Below are positions 31,656-41,056 of a DNA stretch of 64,000 nucleotides, in pieces; positions within the stretch are counted from its first letter, which is position 1; each line of letters starts with the position of its first letter. Below the pieces are notes generated by a model. The model searched no databases, was not told where the DNA came from, and saw only the letters and a list, made by a program, of their open reading frames with translations. The position numbers were made by a program, and so were the translations under genes. This DNA is from an uncultured Methylomirabilota bacterium (GTDB taxonomy: Bacteria > Methylomirabilota > Methylomirabilia > Methylomirabilales > 2-02-FULL-66-22), in assembly GCA_963705305.1 (NCBI GenBank), contig OY970067.1, positions 5,504,001-5,568,000 of the forward strand, given 5' to 3'.

Positions 31656-33053
31656 ATGGGCTGGTTGTGGCTGCTCCTGTGCTGCTACGGGGTGGGAATG
31701 CTGTACGTCGCCCCCCGCTCCTCCGACATCAAGGGCTTTTTCTGGGGATACGACCGCCAGGGCCGGGAGGCGAAAACCTGGATGCTGACCGGCAGCATCG
31801 TGATGGCATGGATCTTCGCCAAGTCGGTGACGAACGCCGCCAATCTGGGCGCGGCCTTTGGCGTGGTGGGCGGTCTGGCGTATGCCGCCTATTATCTCTC
31901 CATCCCGGTGGCAGGCTTCACCATTGCCTCGATCCGGAAGCGGCACGGCGTCGGCAGCCTGGCGGAATTCTTGATCCTGAAGTACGGCCGGACGGCCACC
32001 ATGGCGTTTTTGGTCGTGATCTTCATCCGCCTGTTCAACGAGGTGTGGAGCAACACGGCCGTCGTCGGGTCGTATTTCGGCGAGCAGGGTTCGCTTTCCT
32101 ATTACGCCGCCGCTTTCATCTTCACCGGCTTCACTCTCCTGTACTGCCTCAAGGGCGGACTGCGCAGCTCCATCTTCACCGACGTGATCCAGTTCTTCCT
32201 GTTCGGATTCTTCGTGTTCTTGGTGCTGGGCATGGTGCTTCCGCATAGCGGTTTGAAGCCCATTCTCTCGGCGGGCCGCTTCACCCTGGCGGGCGGAGTG
32301 GACTTGCTTCTGGTTGCCCTGCTGCAATGCCTGAGCTACCCCTTCCACGATCCGGTGCTCACCGACCGCGGTTTCCTCACCGAGCGAAAGGCGATGCAGC
32401 GGGCGTTCGTGCTGGCCGGCATGGTCGGCTTCGGGTTCATCTTTCTCTTCAGCTGGACCGGGATCTACGTCTACCTGAACGGTCTCCCCTTTTCCGACGA
32501 CGCCCCACGCGCGGTCGCGTCCGCATTCGGTTTCGCCTCGCTCTTCAGCATGAATCTCATCATGCTCTCCTCGGCGGGCTCCACCCTGGACTCAACGTTC
32601 TCCTCCTTCTCCAAGTGGGGGGCGCTGGATGTGCCCCGGGCCTTTGCCAAAGAGCCGCGGAACCTCCCGCTGGGCCGGGTCATCATGGCCGGCATGGCGA
32701 TCCTCGGAAATCTGCCCCTGTTCGCAGGGGCCTCGATCCTGAAGGCCACCACCGTCTCGGGCACCATGGTGATGGGTCTGGCCCCCGTTTTTCTGTTCCA
32801 CGCCATGAAGGGGGTGCCCCGCATCTCCTTCCACCTGGCATTCTGGCCGGGCATCTTCCTGGGAACCCTGTACGCTTTTTGGCCGGTCCCGGCCTCCCTG
32901 ACTATCGGCGCGGGGACGTACGCCGGCCTGCTGGGAATCAACCTCTACGGCCTGATGTTGTGCACGGCCCTGTACCTGCTGCCCGTGGCGGTCGCTGGAC
33001 TCCTGCCCAGGCGGCTGGCCCCGGACGTCTCGCTCGAGGGGAGCCCGCGATGA
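31656..33053 (+). CDS. sodium:solute symporter family transporter
   Basis: Many TM helices; 'WIFAKSVTNAANLG', 'KGGLRSSIFTD', 'AGSTLDS'. Confidence 0.88.
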   Translation: MGWLWLLLCCYGVGMLYVAPRSSDIKGFFWGYDRQGREAKTWMLTGSIVMAWIFAKSVTNAANLGAAFGVVGGLAYAAYYLSIPVAGFTIASIRKRHGVGSLAEFLILKYGRTATMAFLVVIFIRLFNEVWSNTAVVGSYFGEQGSLSYYAAAFIFTGFTLLYCLKGGLRSSIFTDVIQFFLFGFFVFLVLGMVLPHSGLKPILSAGRFTLAGGVDLLLVALLQCLSYPFHDPVLTDRGFLTERKAMQRAFVLAGMVGFGFIFLFSWTGIYVYLNGLPFSDDAPRAVASAFGFASLFSMNLIMLSSAGSTLDSTFSSFSKWGALDVPRAFAKEPRNLPLGRVIMAGMAILGNLPLFAGASILKATTVSGTMVMGLAPVFLFHAMKGVPRISFHLAFWPGIFLGTLYAFWPVPASLTIGAGTYAGLLGINLYGLMLCTALYLLPVAVAGLLPRRLAPDVSLEGSPR

Positions 33054-33907
33054 GCGTCCCCCTGGCCCCGTTCTCCCATCTGGCCAGCCTGTGGATCCAG
33101 GTCACGGGGACGTGGTGCAATCTCCAGTGCACGCACTGTTTCAACGCCAGCGGCCCCCGGGACCCATGGCTCAAGAGCCTGGACGCGGGGACGGTCAAGC
33201 GCTCCATTCAGGAGGCGGAGGAGCTGGGGGTCAAGGAGATCTATTTCACAGGCGGGGAGCCCTTCCTGCACCGGGACATCCTGGAGCTGCTGCAGGCGTC
33301 GCTGGAGGCGGCGCCGACCACGGTCCTGACCAACGGGACCCGGATCACCCCACGGGTGGCCGACGCGCTGGCGGCGATGGCAGAAGAGTCTCCCTACTCC
33401 CTGGAGATCCGGGTGAGCGTGGACGCCATCGACCCCGAGACAAACGACCGGATCCGGGGAAAGGGGGCCCTGGCCAAGGCCGTCCGGGCGATGCGCCTGC
33501 TGGATGCCCGCGGGCTGCTTCCCATCCTCACGGCCACCGAGATCCTCGACCGTACAGATGCCGAGAGAGACGGGATGTACGATCGCTTCCGGGATTTTCT
33601 GCTGGCGCAGGGGATCCGAAAGCCCCGGGTCAAGATCATCCCGGTCTTCCCCATCGGCCGCACGGCCAAAGCCGGCGCCCCCTTGCTCACTGAAGAGATG
33701 CTGCGGGGCTTCGACTTTTCCCTGCTCCAGTGCACGGAGACGCGGGTCGTGGCGGAGGGGGGAGTGTACGCCTGCCCCATCCTGGCCGGACTGAAGGGCG
33801 CCCGGCTCTCGGAGGGCAGCCTGCGGGAGTCGTTCGGTCCCTGCCGCCTTTACCACGCCTCCTGCGCCGTCTGCTACGAGACGGGGATGACCTGCAAGAA
33901 CTTCTGA
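33050..33907 (+). CDS. radical SAM protein with C-terminal Cys cluster
   Basis: CxxxCxxC 'CNLQCTHC', 'FTGGEPF', 'LTNG'; C-terminal C..C..C..CxxC..C; ATGA overlap with the symporter. Confidence 0.92.
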   Translation: MSVPLAPFSHLASLWIQVTGTWCNLQCTHCFNASGPRDPWLKSLDAGTVKRSIQEAEELGVKEIYFTGGEPFLHRDILELLQASLEAAPTTVLTNGTRITPRVADALAAMAEESPYSLEIRVSVDAIDPETNDRIRGKGALAKAVRAMRLLDARGLLPILTATEILDRTDAERDGMYDRFRDFLLAQGIRKPRVKIIPVFPIGRTAKAGAPLLTEEMLRGFDFSLLQCTETRVVAEGGVYACPILAGLKGARLSEGSLRESFGPCRLYHASCAVCYETGMTCKNF

Positions 33908-33920
33908 GGAGATCGATCGA

Positions 33921-34745
33921 GTGGACGCAGCCTCCGCTGGAATCCAGTCGCACGAGAGCCCCCGCTATCGGCGGATCGCCGTCCTCGGCGGGGTGTACAA
34001 CAACGCACCGGCACTCGAGGCGGCGCTCGCCGATGCCGGACGCCGGGGTGCGGAGGCGATCTTCTGCCTGGGAGACCTGGGAGGATTCGGCCCCCATCCG
34101 GACCGGGTGTTTCCCCTCCTGCGCGACGCGGGCGTCCTGACCATCCAGGGGAACTATGACGCATCGCTGGCCGGCGGCAAGGATGATTGCGGCTGCGGCT
34201 ATACCGATCCGCGCGACAATCGCTTCGCCCGGATCAGCTACGAGTATACCTTCCGCAAGACCTCGGCGGCGCACAAGGCGTGGCTAGGGACGCTGCCGGG
34301 ACAGCGCCGCATCCGGCTGGGCCGGCTGGAGGTCCTCATGTGCCACGGCTCCCCCCGCATGGTGAACGAGTTCCTCTGGGAGTCGGCGACGCCCAACGGC
34401 CTCCTGGCGAAGTTCCTGCGAGACTTCCGGGCTGATGTCATCCTGTGCACCCACACCGGCATCAAGTGGCACCGCGTCCTGGCCGGGAATAAGCATTTGG
34501 TGAACGTGGGGGTCATCGGCCGTCCGGAGAACGACGGGACGACCAATGTGTGGTATGCCCTGCTGACGGCGGAAGATGAGCTCACGGTGGAGTTCATCCC
34601 CGTCCGCTTCGACCACGAGCGGCTGGCCCGGGAGATGGAGCTGGAAGGGCTGCCCGGGGAATTCGTCGAGACCATCCGCACGGGATGGTGGACGACCTGC
34701 ATGGAGATCCTTCCCGCCAAGGAGCGGGCGCGGGGCAAGTACTGA
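33921..34745 (+). CDS. calcineurin-like metallophosphoesterase with CGC motif
   Basis: 'CLGDLGGFGP', 'QGNYD', 'HGSP', 'CTHTG', 'DDCGCGY'. Confidence 0.88.
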   Translation: MDAASAGIQSHESPRYRRIAVLGGVYNNAPALEAALADAGRRGAEAIFCLGDLGGFGPHPDRVFPLLRDAGVLTIQGNYDASLAGGKDDCGCGYTDPRDNRFARISYEYTFRKTSAAHKAWLGTLPGQRRIRLGRLEVLMCHGSPRMVNEFLWESATPNGLLAKFLRDFRADVILCTHTGIKWHRVLAGNKHLVNVGVIGRPENDGTTNVWYALLTAEDELTVEFIPVRFDHERLAREMELEGLPGEFVETIRTGWWTTCMEILPAKERARGKY

Positions 34746-34754
34746 GGGGAGACG

Positions 34755-35561
34755 ATGCGCGCGCTGCGGGAGCCGGCCAACCGGTTGCTGGTTCAACTCT
34801 TCAAGCATGCGCCCCGGCTCGCCTCCGTATGGGCGAGACGGTATCGCGCCGTGGAGGCCGCCGGGATTCCCTGGACCCCCGTACGAAAGCCGCTGGGGCA
34901 GTCAACGGTGGCCCTGCTCACCACGGCCGGTGTCCACCTGCGGAGCCAGGCGCCGTTCGTCATGGACGATCCGGACGGGGACCCGAGCTTCCGGATCATC
35001 CCGGTCGAGGCGGCGAAGGACCAGCTGGTCATCACGCACAAGTACTACGACCATACGGCGGCGGACCGGGACATCAACGTGGTCCTCCCGCTGGACCGGA
35101 TGCGCGAGCTGCAGGCCGCAGGGCGGATCGGCACGCTGGCTCCGTTGGCCTACGGCTTCATGGGGCACATCGACGGCCCGCACCTCCGCACGCTTCTGGA
35201 GGTGTCGGCACCCGAAGTGGCCCGCCGCCTCCGGCAGGACGGGGCGGAGGCGGCGGTTCTCACCCCCGCCTGAGGCCTCTGCAACCAGACCGTGGGTCTG
35301 GTCCAGCGCGCCATCGAGGCGGGGGGCATCCCCACCATCGGGATCAGCCTCCTGAAGGAGATCACCGAGAAGGTCCGGCCGCCGCGGGCCCTGTATCTGC
35401 GATACCCTTTCGGGCATCCCCTGGGAGAGGCGCACCGCCTCGCCCAGCAGCGCGCAATTCTGTTGGCGGCTCTCCATGGGCTGGAGACGATCACCACCCC
35501 CGGAACGATCCTGGAGCCCGGTTTTCGGTGGCGCCGGACGCGTTTCGAGGGAGAGCCGTGA
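34755..35561 (+). CDS. GrdB/PrdB-like selenoprotein (Sec at TGA 35271-35273)
   Basis: 'ALLTTAGVH', 'DINVVLPLDR', then 'VLTPA-U-GLCNQTVGLVQRAIEAGGIPT' continuing in frame; SECIS-like hairpin follows. Confidence 0.88.
35274..35312 (+). promoter_or_regulatory. putative bacterial SECIS element
   Basis: ACCAGACC-GTG-GGTCTGGT hairpin (35284-35302) starting 11 nt after the UGA. Confidence 0.7.
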
Positions 35562-35592
35562 GGTTGCCGCTCGTCCGGCCCCGCGGAGGCCT

Positions 35593-36297
35593 ATGATGCC
35601 GAGAATCTCCTCGAACAAAGCGAAGCTCCTCCTCTGGGCGCTGGCGATCGTCGCCGTGCTGGTCCTGGGCCGGGAGGTGAATGCTCCTGTATTGCTCAAG
35701 ACCGCCTTGGACTGGATCCAGGGGCTGGGGGGCTGGGGGGCGGCCATCTTTGTCGTCCTCTACATCGTGGCTACCGTCTGCTTCCTCCCCGGCTCCATTC
35801 TGACCCTGGGCGCCGGCGTGGTGTACGGGGTGGCCCAGGGGGCGATCCTGGTCTCCCTGTCGGCGACCCTGGGGGCTACCGCCGCCTTCTTCGTCGGCCG
35901 CTATGTCGCCAGGGGCTGGGTGGTCGGCCAGATCGAGCGGAGCGCCGCCTTCCGGGCCATTGACGACGCGGTCGGTCGCGAGGGGTGGAAGATCGTAGGG
36001 CTGACCCGCCTCTCCCCGGTCTTTCCATTCAACTTGCTCAACTACGCCTTCGGGGTGACGCGGGTGAGACCGCGGGACTATATCCTGGCGTCCTGGATCG
36101 GCATGATCCCGGGAACGCTCATGTACGTGTACCTGGGCTCCCTCGCGGGCAGCCTGGCCACGCTGGGAGCCGGCCGGCAGGCCCGGACGCCGACCGAGTG
36201 GGCGCTGTACGGAACCGGGCTCGTCGCCACCGTGGCGGTGACGCTGTATGTCACCCGAATCGCTCGAGCGGCGCTGAAAAAGCGAATCGCCGACTGA
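35593..36297 (+). CDS. TVP38/TMEM64 (DedA/VTT domain) membrane protein
   Basis: 'LPGSILTLGAG', 'RLSPVFPFNLLNYAFG', 'IGMIPGT'. Confidence 0.92.
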   Translation: MMPRISSNKAKLLLWALAIVAVLVLGREVNAPVLLKTALDWIQGLGGWGAAIFVVLYIVATVCFLPGSILTLGAGVVYGVAQGAILVSLSATLGATAAFFVGRYVARGWVVGQIERSAAFRAIDDAVGREGWKIVGLTRLSPVFPFNLLNYAFGVTRVRPRDYILASWIGMIPGTLMYVYLGSLAGSLATLGAGRQARTPTEWALYGTGLVATVAVTLYVTRIARAALKKRIAD

Positions 36298-37853
36298 TGC
36301 GGGAGGGAGATGTCGTGTTGCGGACCCTCGAGCATACCCCGGAAGGATTTGTCCTTGAGCCCTGGGATGAGCACAACCAGGCGCTGCTGCACAACGTCCA
36401 CCCCGCCGACTGGGTCAACCCGGAGCCCGCCGGCCGGTACAACCTGGTGGTGATCGGCGCCGGCACAGCCGGCCTGGTGAGCGCGGTGGGGGCCGCGGGG
36501 CTCGGGGCCAAGGTGGCTCTGGTGGAGCGGGAGCTGATGGGTGGCGACTGCCTGAACGTCGGCTGCGTCCCCTCCAAGGCGCTGATCCGCGCGGCGCGGG
36601 CCTGGGCCGATGTCCGGGACGCCGGGGAGTTCGGGGTGATGGTCCCGCCGGGAGCCCGGGTGGACTTTCCGGCCGTCACAGAGCGGATGCGGCGGCTGCG
36701 GGCGCGAATCAGTCGGACCGACTCGGCCCGGCGGTACCGGGAGCTGGGCGTGGACGTGTTCCTGGGGGCGGGACGTTTCGCCGGACCGGACACGGTCGAG
36801 GTGGCGGACAAGATGCTGCGCTTCCGGAAGGCCGTCATCGCCACGGGGGCCCGGGCCTTCGCACCCCCGATCCCCGGCCTGGCGGAGGCCGGTTACCTGA
36901 CCAACGAGAGCGTGTTTTCCCTGTGCGAGCTGCCCCGTCGTCTCGCAGTCATCGGGGCCGGCCCGATCGGCTGCGAGCTGTCGCAGGTCTTCGCCCGGTT
37001 CGGGAGCCAGGTGTACCTGATCGAGGCCACGCACGGCATTCTGCCCAATGAGGACCGCGATGCGGCGGAGATCGTTTGCCGCTCCCTGCTGCGCGACGGC
37101 ATCACGATCCTGTGCTGCGGCGCCGACCTGAAGGTCGGCAGGGAGCACGGGGGCAAGCGCCTGTCGGTCGACTCCCACGGACAGCATTACGACCTCAGCG
37201 TGGACGAGATCCTGGTCGGCGTGGGGCGACAACCCAACGTCGATGGGCTGAACCTCGAGGCGGTCGGCGTCGCCTTCGACAAGACCGGGGTGACCGTCAC
37301 TGATCGGCTGCGAACGACCAATCCCCGCATCTACGCCGCCGGGGATGTCTGCTCCCGTTATAAGTTCACGCACAACTCGGACTTCCAGGCCCGCATCGTC
37401 ATCCAGAACGCCCTGTTCCTCGGGCGGGCCCGGGCCAGCGCCCTGAAGATCCCGTGGTGCACCTACACCGACCCCGAGATCGCTCACGTCGGCCTCTCCG
37501 AGGACGAGGCCAAAGGGCGCGGACTCCGCGTCCGGACGTTCCTCCAGACCTTCGAGGACGTGGACCGCGCCGTGTTGGACGGGGAAGCGGAAGGATTCGC
37601 CAAGGTGCACGTCCGGGAGGGCACGGACACGATCCTGGGCGCCACCATCGTGGCGCGCCACGCCGGCGAGATGCTCCCGGAGCTTACCCTTGCCATGACC
37701 AGCCGGATCGGCCTGGGCGCGCTGGCCCGGACGATCCATACCTACCCGACCCAGGCCGAGGCGATCCGTAAGCTGGGGGACGCCTACAACCGCACCCGGC
37801 TGACCCCCTTCGTGAAGGGGCTCTTCCGCAGGTGGCTGGCCTGGACGCGGTAG
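36297..37853 (+). CDS. FAD-dependent pyridine nucleotide-disulfide oxidoreductase (MerA/Lpd-like)
   Basis: GAGTAG, 'GGDCLNVGCVPSK', GAGPIG, 'HTYPT'; no HMA domain and no C-terminal CC. Confidence 0.9.
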   Translation: MREGDVVLRTLEHTPEGFVLEPWDEHNQALLHNVHPADWVNPEPAGRYNLVVIGAGTAGLVSAVGAAGLGAKVALVERELMGGDCLNVGCVPSKALIRAARAWADVRDAGEFGVMVPPGARVDFPAVTERMRRLRARISRTDSARRYRELGVDVFLGAGRFAGPDTVEVADKMLRFRKAVIATGARAFAPPIPGLAEAGYLTNESVFSLCELPRRLAVIGAGPIGCELSQVFARFGSQVYLIEATHGILPNEDRDAAEIVCRSLLRDGITILCCGADLKVGREHGGKRLSVDSHGQHYDLSVDEILVGVGRQPNVDGLNLEAVGVAFDKTGVTVTDRLRTTNPRIYAAGDVCSRYKFTHNSDFQARIVIQNALFLGRARASALKIPWCTYTDPEIAHVGLSEDEAKGRGLRVRTFLQTFEDVDRAVLDGEAEGFAKVHVREGTDTILGATIVARHAGEMLPELTLAMTSRIGLGALARTIHTYPTQAEAIRKLGDAYNRTRLTPFVKGLFRRWLAWTR

Positions 37854-37909
37854 GATCGAGGGCGCGGCGCCGCGCGGAGCCAGGAGGCGCCTGAGGGCGA
37901 GGTGGGAGC

Positions 37910-38644
37910 GTGAGCATACCGATGCTGAGTGTCATCGTCCCCGTCCTGAACGAGGCGGAGAATATCCCCCGGCTGCTCTCGGCCCTCCAAGAGGCATGCC
38001 CGCAGGCCGAGGCGATCGTGGTCGACGGGGGAAGCCAGGACGGGACGCGGGAGGCGGTCCGCCGATTCTCCGGCGTGCGCCTGATCCTGAGCCGGCAGGG
38101 CCGGGCGCACCAGATGAATGCCGGCGCCGCCGAGGCCCGCGGGCGGATCCTGCTCTTTCTCCATGCCGACACCTGGCTTCCCCTCGGCGCCGCCGAGGCC
38201 GTTCAGGAGGCCTGCCGGAACCCATTGGTGGTGGGGGGGCGCTTTGACGTCCGCTTCGACAGTCCGCGGCCGGCCTTCCGTGTCATCGCGGCGTTCATGA
38301 ACATTCGCTCCCGTGTGAGCGGCATCTTCACCGGGGATCAGGCCATCTTCGTCCGGCGCGAGGCCTTCGAGGCGCTGGGCGGCTTTCCCGAGATTCCGCT
38401 GATGGAGGACGTGGAGTTCTCGCGCCGCCTGAAGCGGGCGGGACAACTCGCTTGCCTCCAGGTGGAGGCGACCACGTCCGCCAGGAAGTGGGAGCGGGAG
38501 GGGGTGGGTCGAACCGCCCTCCTGATGTGGAGCCTGCGCCTGCTGCATGCGCTCGGTGTCTCTCCGGAGCGCCTGCACCGCTGGTACTATCCCGACCTCC
38601 GACCGCCCGAGACGACCGAAGGGCCGTCGCCCCCGGGGGGCTGA
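37910..38644 (+). CDS. family 2 glycosyltransferase, TIGR04283-like (rSAM/selenodomain-associated)
   Basis: 'SVIVPVLNE', 'VDGGSQD', 'GRAHQMNAGA', 'LFLHADT', 'GDQAIF', 'PLMEDV', 'TSARKW'. Confidence 0.9.
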   Translation: MSIPMLSVIVPVLNEAENIPRLLSALQEACPQAEAIVVDGGSQDGTREAVRRFSGVRLILSRQGRAHQMNAGAAEARGRILLFLHADTWLPLGAAEAVQEACRNPLVVGGRFDVRFDSPRPAFRVIAAFMNIRSRVSGIFTGDQAIFVRREAFEALGGFPEIPLMEDVEFSRRLKRAGQLACLQVEATTSARKWEREGVGRTALLMWSLRLLHALGVSPERLHRWYYPDLRPPETTEGPSPPGG

Positions 38645-38787
38645 CGGTTCGGTCGTCCCTGGCTCCCCGCACGCGCCGGGGTCGTCGGACGGTCTTCCGG
38701 TTGGGCTTGACCATGCCGGCTTTTCCGTCTAGGCTACCCGGAAATACCGGGCCATCCGGAAGATTCGAAGCCTGCAGAGGCCTCGCC

Positions 38788-40284
38788 ATGAATCAAGATC
38801 AACAGGCTACCCGCATCGAGAAGCTGACGGCGCTCCTGGACGTCGGCAAAGCTATGGCCTCCGAGCGCAACCTGGACCGGCTCCTCCAGCTGATCATGGA
38901 GGAAGTCACCAAGGTCATGGAGGCGGATCGAAGCTCTCTGTTCCTGGTGGATCCCGAGCGCAACGAGCTCTGGTCCAAGATCGCCCAGGGGCTGGAGGTC
39001 CGCGAGATCCGCATCGAGATCGGAATGGGGATCTCGGGCTATGTCGCTCAGACCGGCAACATCGTCAACATTCCCGACGCCTACGCCGACTCGCGCTTCA
39101 ACCAGGAGATGGACCATCGGACGGGCTATCGGACCCGCACCATCCTCTGCGTCCCCATGCGCAATACCCGGAATGAGGTCATCGGCGTCATCCAGGTGCT
39201 GAACAAGCGGGAGGGCGCCTTCACCGCCGAGGACGAGGAGCTGCTGCTGGCCCTCTCCAGCCAGGCGGCCGTCGCCGTTGAGAATGCCATCCTCTATGAG
39301 GACATCCAGCATCTCTTCGAGGGGTTCATCAAAGCCTCCGTGTACGCCATCGAGTCGCGAGACCCCACCACCTCCGGCCACTCGGAGCGCGTGGCCATCC
39401 TGACGGTGGGCCTGGCGGAGAACGTGGATCGGACGGACTCCGGCCTCTACGCCGGGATCAGCTTCTCGGCCGAGGACATGCGAGAGCTCCGCTACGCCTC
39501 GCTCCTGCACGACTTCGGCAAGGTGGGCGTCCGTGAGCCGGTGCTGGTAAAGGCCAACAAGCTGTACGAGTCCAACCTGGACCTGATCACCAGCCGCTTC
39601 AAGTTCATCAAGAAGGCCCTGGAGAACGAGTTCCTGCAGCGCAAGCTGTCTCTCGCGCTGACGATGGGGCAGGCGGCGAGGGCGGACATCGAAGCCCTGG
39701 ACGAAGAGCTGGCGCGCCGGCTGGCCGAGCTGGACGAAGAGCTGAATCTCATCGTCACCGCCAACACACCGACCATCTTGCCCTCTGTCGGCTTCGAACG
39801 AATTCTGGAGATCGCCGCCAAGAGTTTCGTGGACGGGGACGGCTCGCGGCACCCCTACCTGACCACCCGGGAGGCGGAGAACCTGTCCATCGCCAAGGGC
39901 AGCTTGAATGTCCAGGAGCGCCTGGAGATCGAGTCTCACGTCACCCACAGCTTCCGGTTCCTGCGCCAGATTCCGTGGACGAAGGATCTCCGCCGCATTC
40001 CCACCATCGTGTATGCCCACCACGAGAAACTGACGGGGGTCGGCTACCCCAATAACCTGCGGGGCGATGACATCCCCTTCCAGGCCAAGATGATGACGGT
40101 CTGCGACATCTACGACGCCCTGACTGCCGCCGACCGTCCCTACAAGCGGGCGGTGCCCGCCGAGCACGCGCTGGACATCCTGGGAGCGGAGGTGAAGGAC
40201 GGGCACCTAGACGCAGAGCTGGTCCGCATCTTCACCGAAAGCCGGACCTGGGCTCTCACCGATGGCATGCGGACAGCCAGATAG
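38788..40284 (+). CDS. GAF + HD-GYP domain phosphodiesterase
   Basis: GAF with NKFDE motif; 'GHSERVA', 'LHDFGK', 'HHEKLTGVGYP', 'DIYDALT...RPYK'. Confidence 0.9.
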   Translation: MNQDQQATRIEKLTALLDVGKAMASERNLDRLLQLIMEEVTKVMEADRSSLFLVDPERNELWSKIAQGLEVREIRIEIGMGISGYVAQTGNIVNIPDAYADSRFNQEMDHRTGYRTRTILCVPMRNTRNEVIGVIQVLNKREGAFTAEDEELLLALSSQAAVAVENAILYEDIQHLFEGFIKASVYAIESRDPTTSGHSERVAILTVGLAENVDRTDSGLYAGISFSAEDMRELRYASLLHDFGKVGVREPVLVKANKLYESNLDLITSRFKFIKKALENEFLQRKLSLALTMGQAARADIEALDEELARRLAELDEELNLIVTANTPTILPSVGFERILEIAAKSFVDGDGSRHPYLTTREAENLSIAKGSLNVQERLEIESHVTHSFRFLRQIPWTKDLRRIPTIVYAHHEKLTGVGYPNNLRGDDIPFQAKMMTVCDIYDALTAADRPYKRAVPAEHALDILGAEVKDGHLDAELVRIFTESRTWALTDGMRTAR

Positions 40285-40396
40285 GGGCGTGCGCCCCGGC
40301 CCGCAGGCCGGCTGCCACTCCATCCTGTCCGGACGGAAGCGATCCAGAAAAAGCAAAGGCTGGGAGAGACCCGCAGGGAGAGGGAGCCGACCGCGG

Positions 40397-41056
40397 CTAG
40401 CCGCGCCAGCCGGCGACCTGAACGATCTCGCGCCCGGGGAGCTTCAGGCAGGTGAGCTTGCCGCCGTAGACGCAGCCGGTGTCGATCCCGATGCGGTCCT
40501 CGCCCATCATCACCTGGCGCAGCGGAGTGTGGCCGAACACCACTGGCTTGGGGAAACGGCCGCGGAACTGGAAGAATTCCTGGCGGATCCAGATGAGGTC
40601 GCTCACCTCCTGCTGGGCCAGGGGGACCATGGGCCGGATGCCGGCGTGGACGAAGACGCAGTCGGCCGTCTCGTAGATCGTCCGCAAGCTCCGAAAGAAG
40701 GTGAGGTGCGACTCCGGGATATCGTCCGGGTCGCCGCCGTAGCTTCGCAGGGTGGCCCGGCCGCCGTTGGCGAGGAACAGATCCTCGTTTTCACCCGCCA
40801 GGAAATCCAGCAGCATCCGCTCGTGGTTTCCCATCAGGAAGACGCATACGAACGGGAGCGCCAGGACGTAATCCACCACCTCCCGGGATTGGGGGCCCCG
40901 GTCGATGTAGTCCCCCACGAAGATCAGCCGATCCCGCGGATTCGGTCTGACCTTTTCCACCAGCCGCTGCAACGGCCGGAGGCATCCGTGAATATCGCCG
41001 ATGACGTAAGTCGCCGAGCCGTTCGCGTCGGCGGCCCGCTCCCGGAGCCGGTTCAC
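40397..41056 (-). CDS. PPP-family metallophosphatase (PphA-like)
   Basis: GDIHG, GDYIDRGP, GNHE, FVHAG, GHTP, IDTG. Confidence 0.92.
   Translation of the reverse strand: MNRLRERAADANGSATYVIGDIHGCLRPLQRLVEKVRPNPRDRLIFVGDYIDRGPQSREVVDYVLALPFVCVFLMGNHERMLLDFLAGENEDLFLANGGRATLRSYGGDPDDIPESHLTFFRSLRTIYETADCVFVHAGIRPMVPLAQQEVSDLIWIRQEFFQFRGRFPKPVVFGHTPLRQVMMGEDRIGIDTGCVYGGKLTCLKLPGREIVQVAGWRG

Noticed and set aside
34755..35561. Pseudogene with a premature stop, or a glycine/proline reductase operon
   Set aside because: The TGA sits at the expected Sec position with a SECIS-like hairpin, and no other grd/prd subunits are present.
36297..37853. Mercuric reductase merA / mercury resistance
   Set aside because: Lacks the C-terminal Cys-Cys pair and the N-terminal HMA domain; no merR/T/P nearby.
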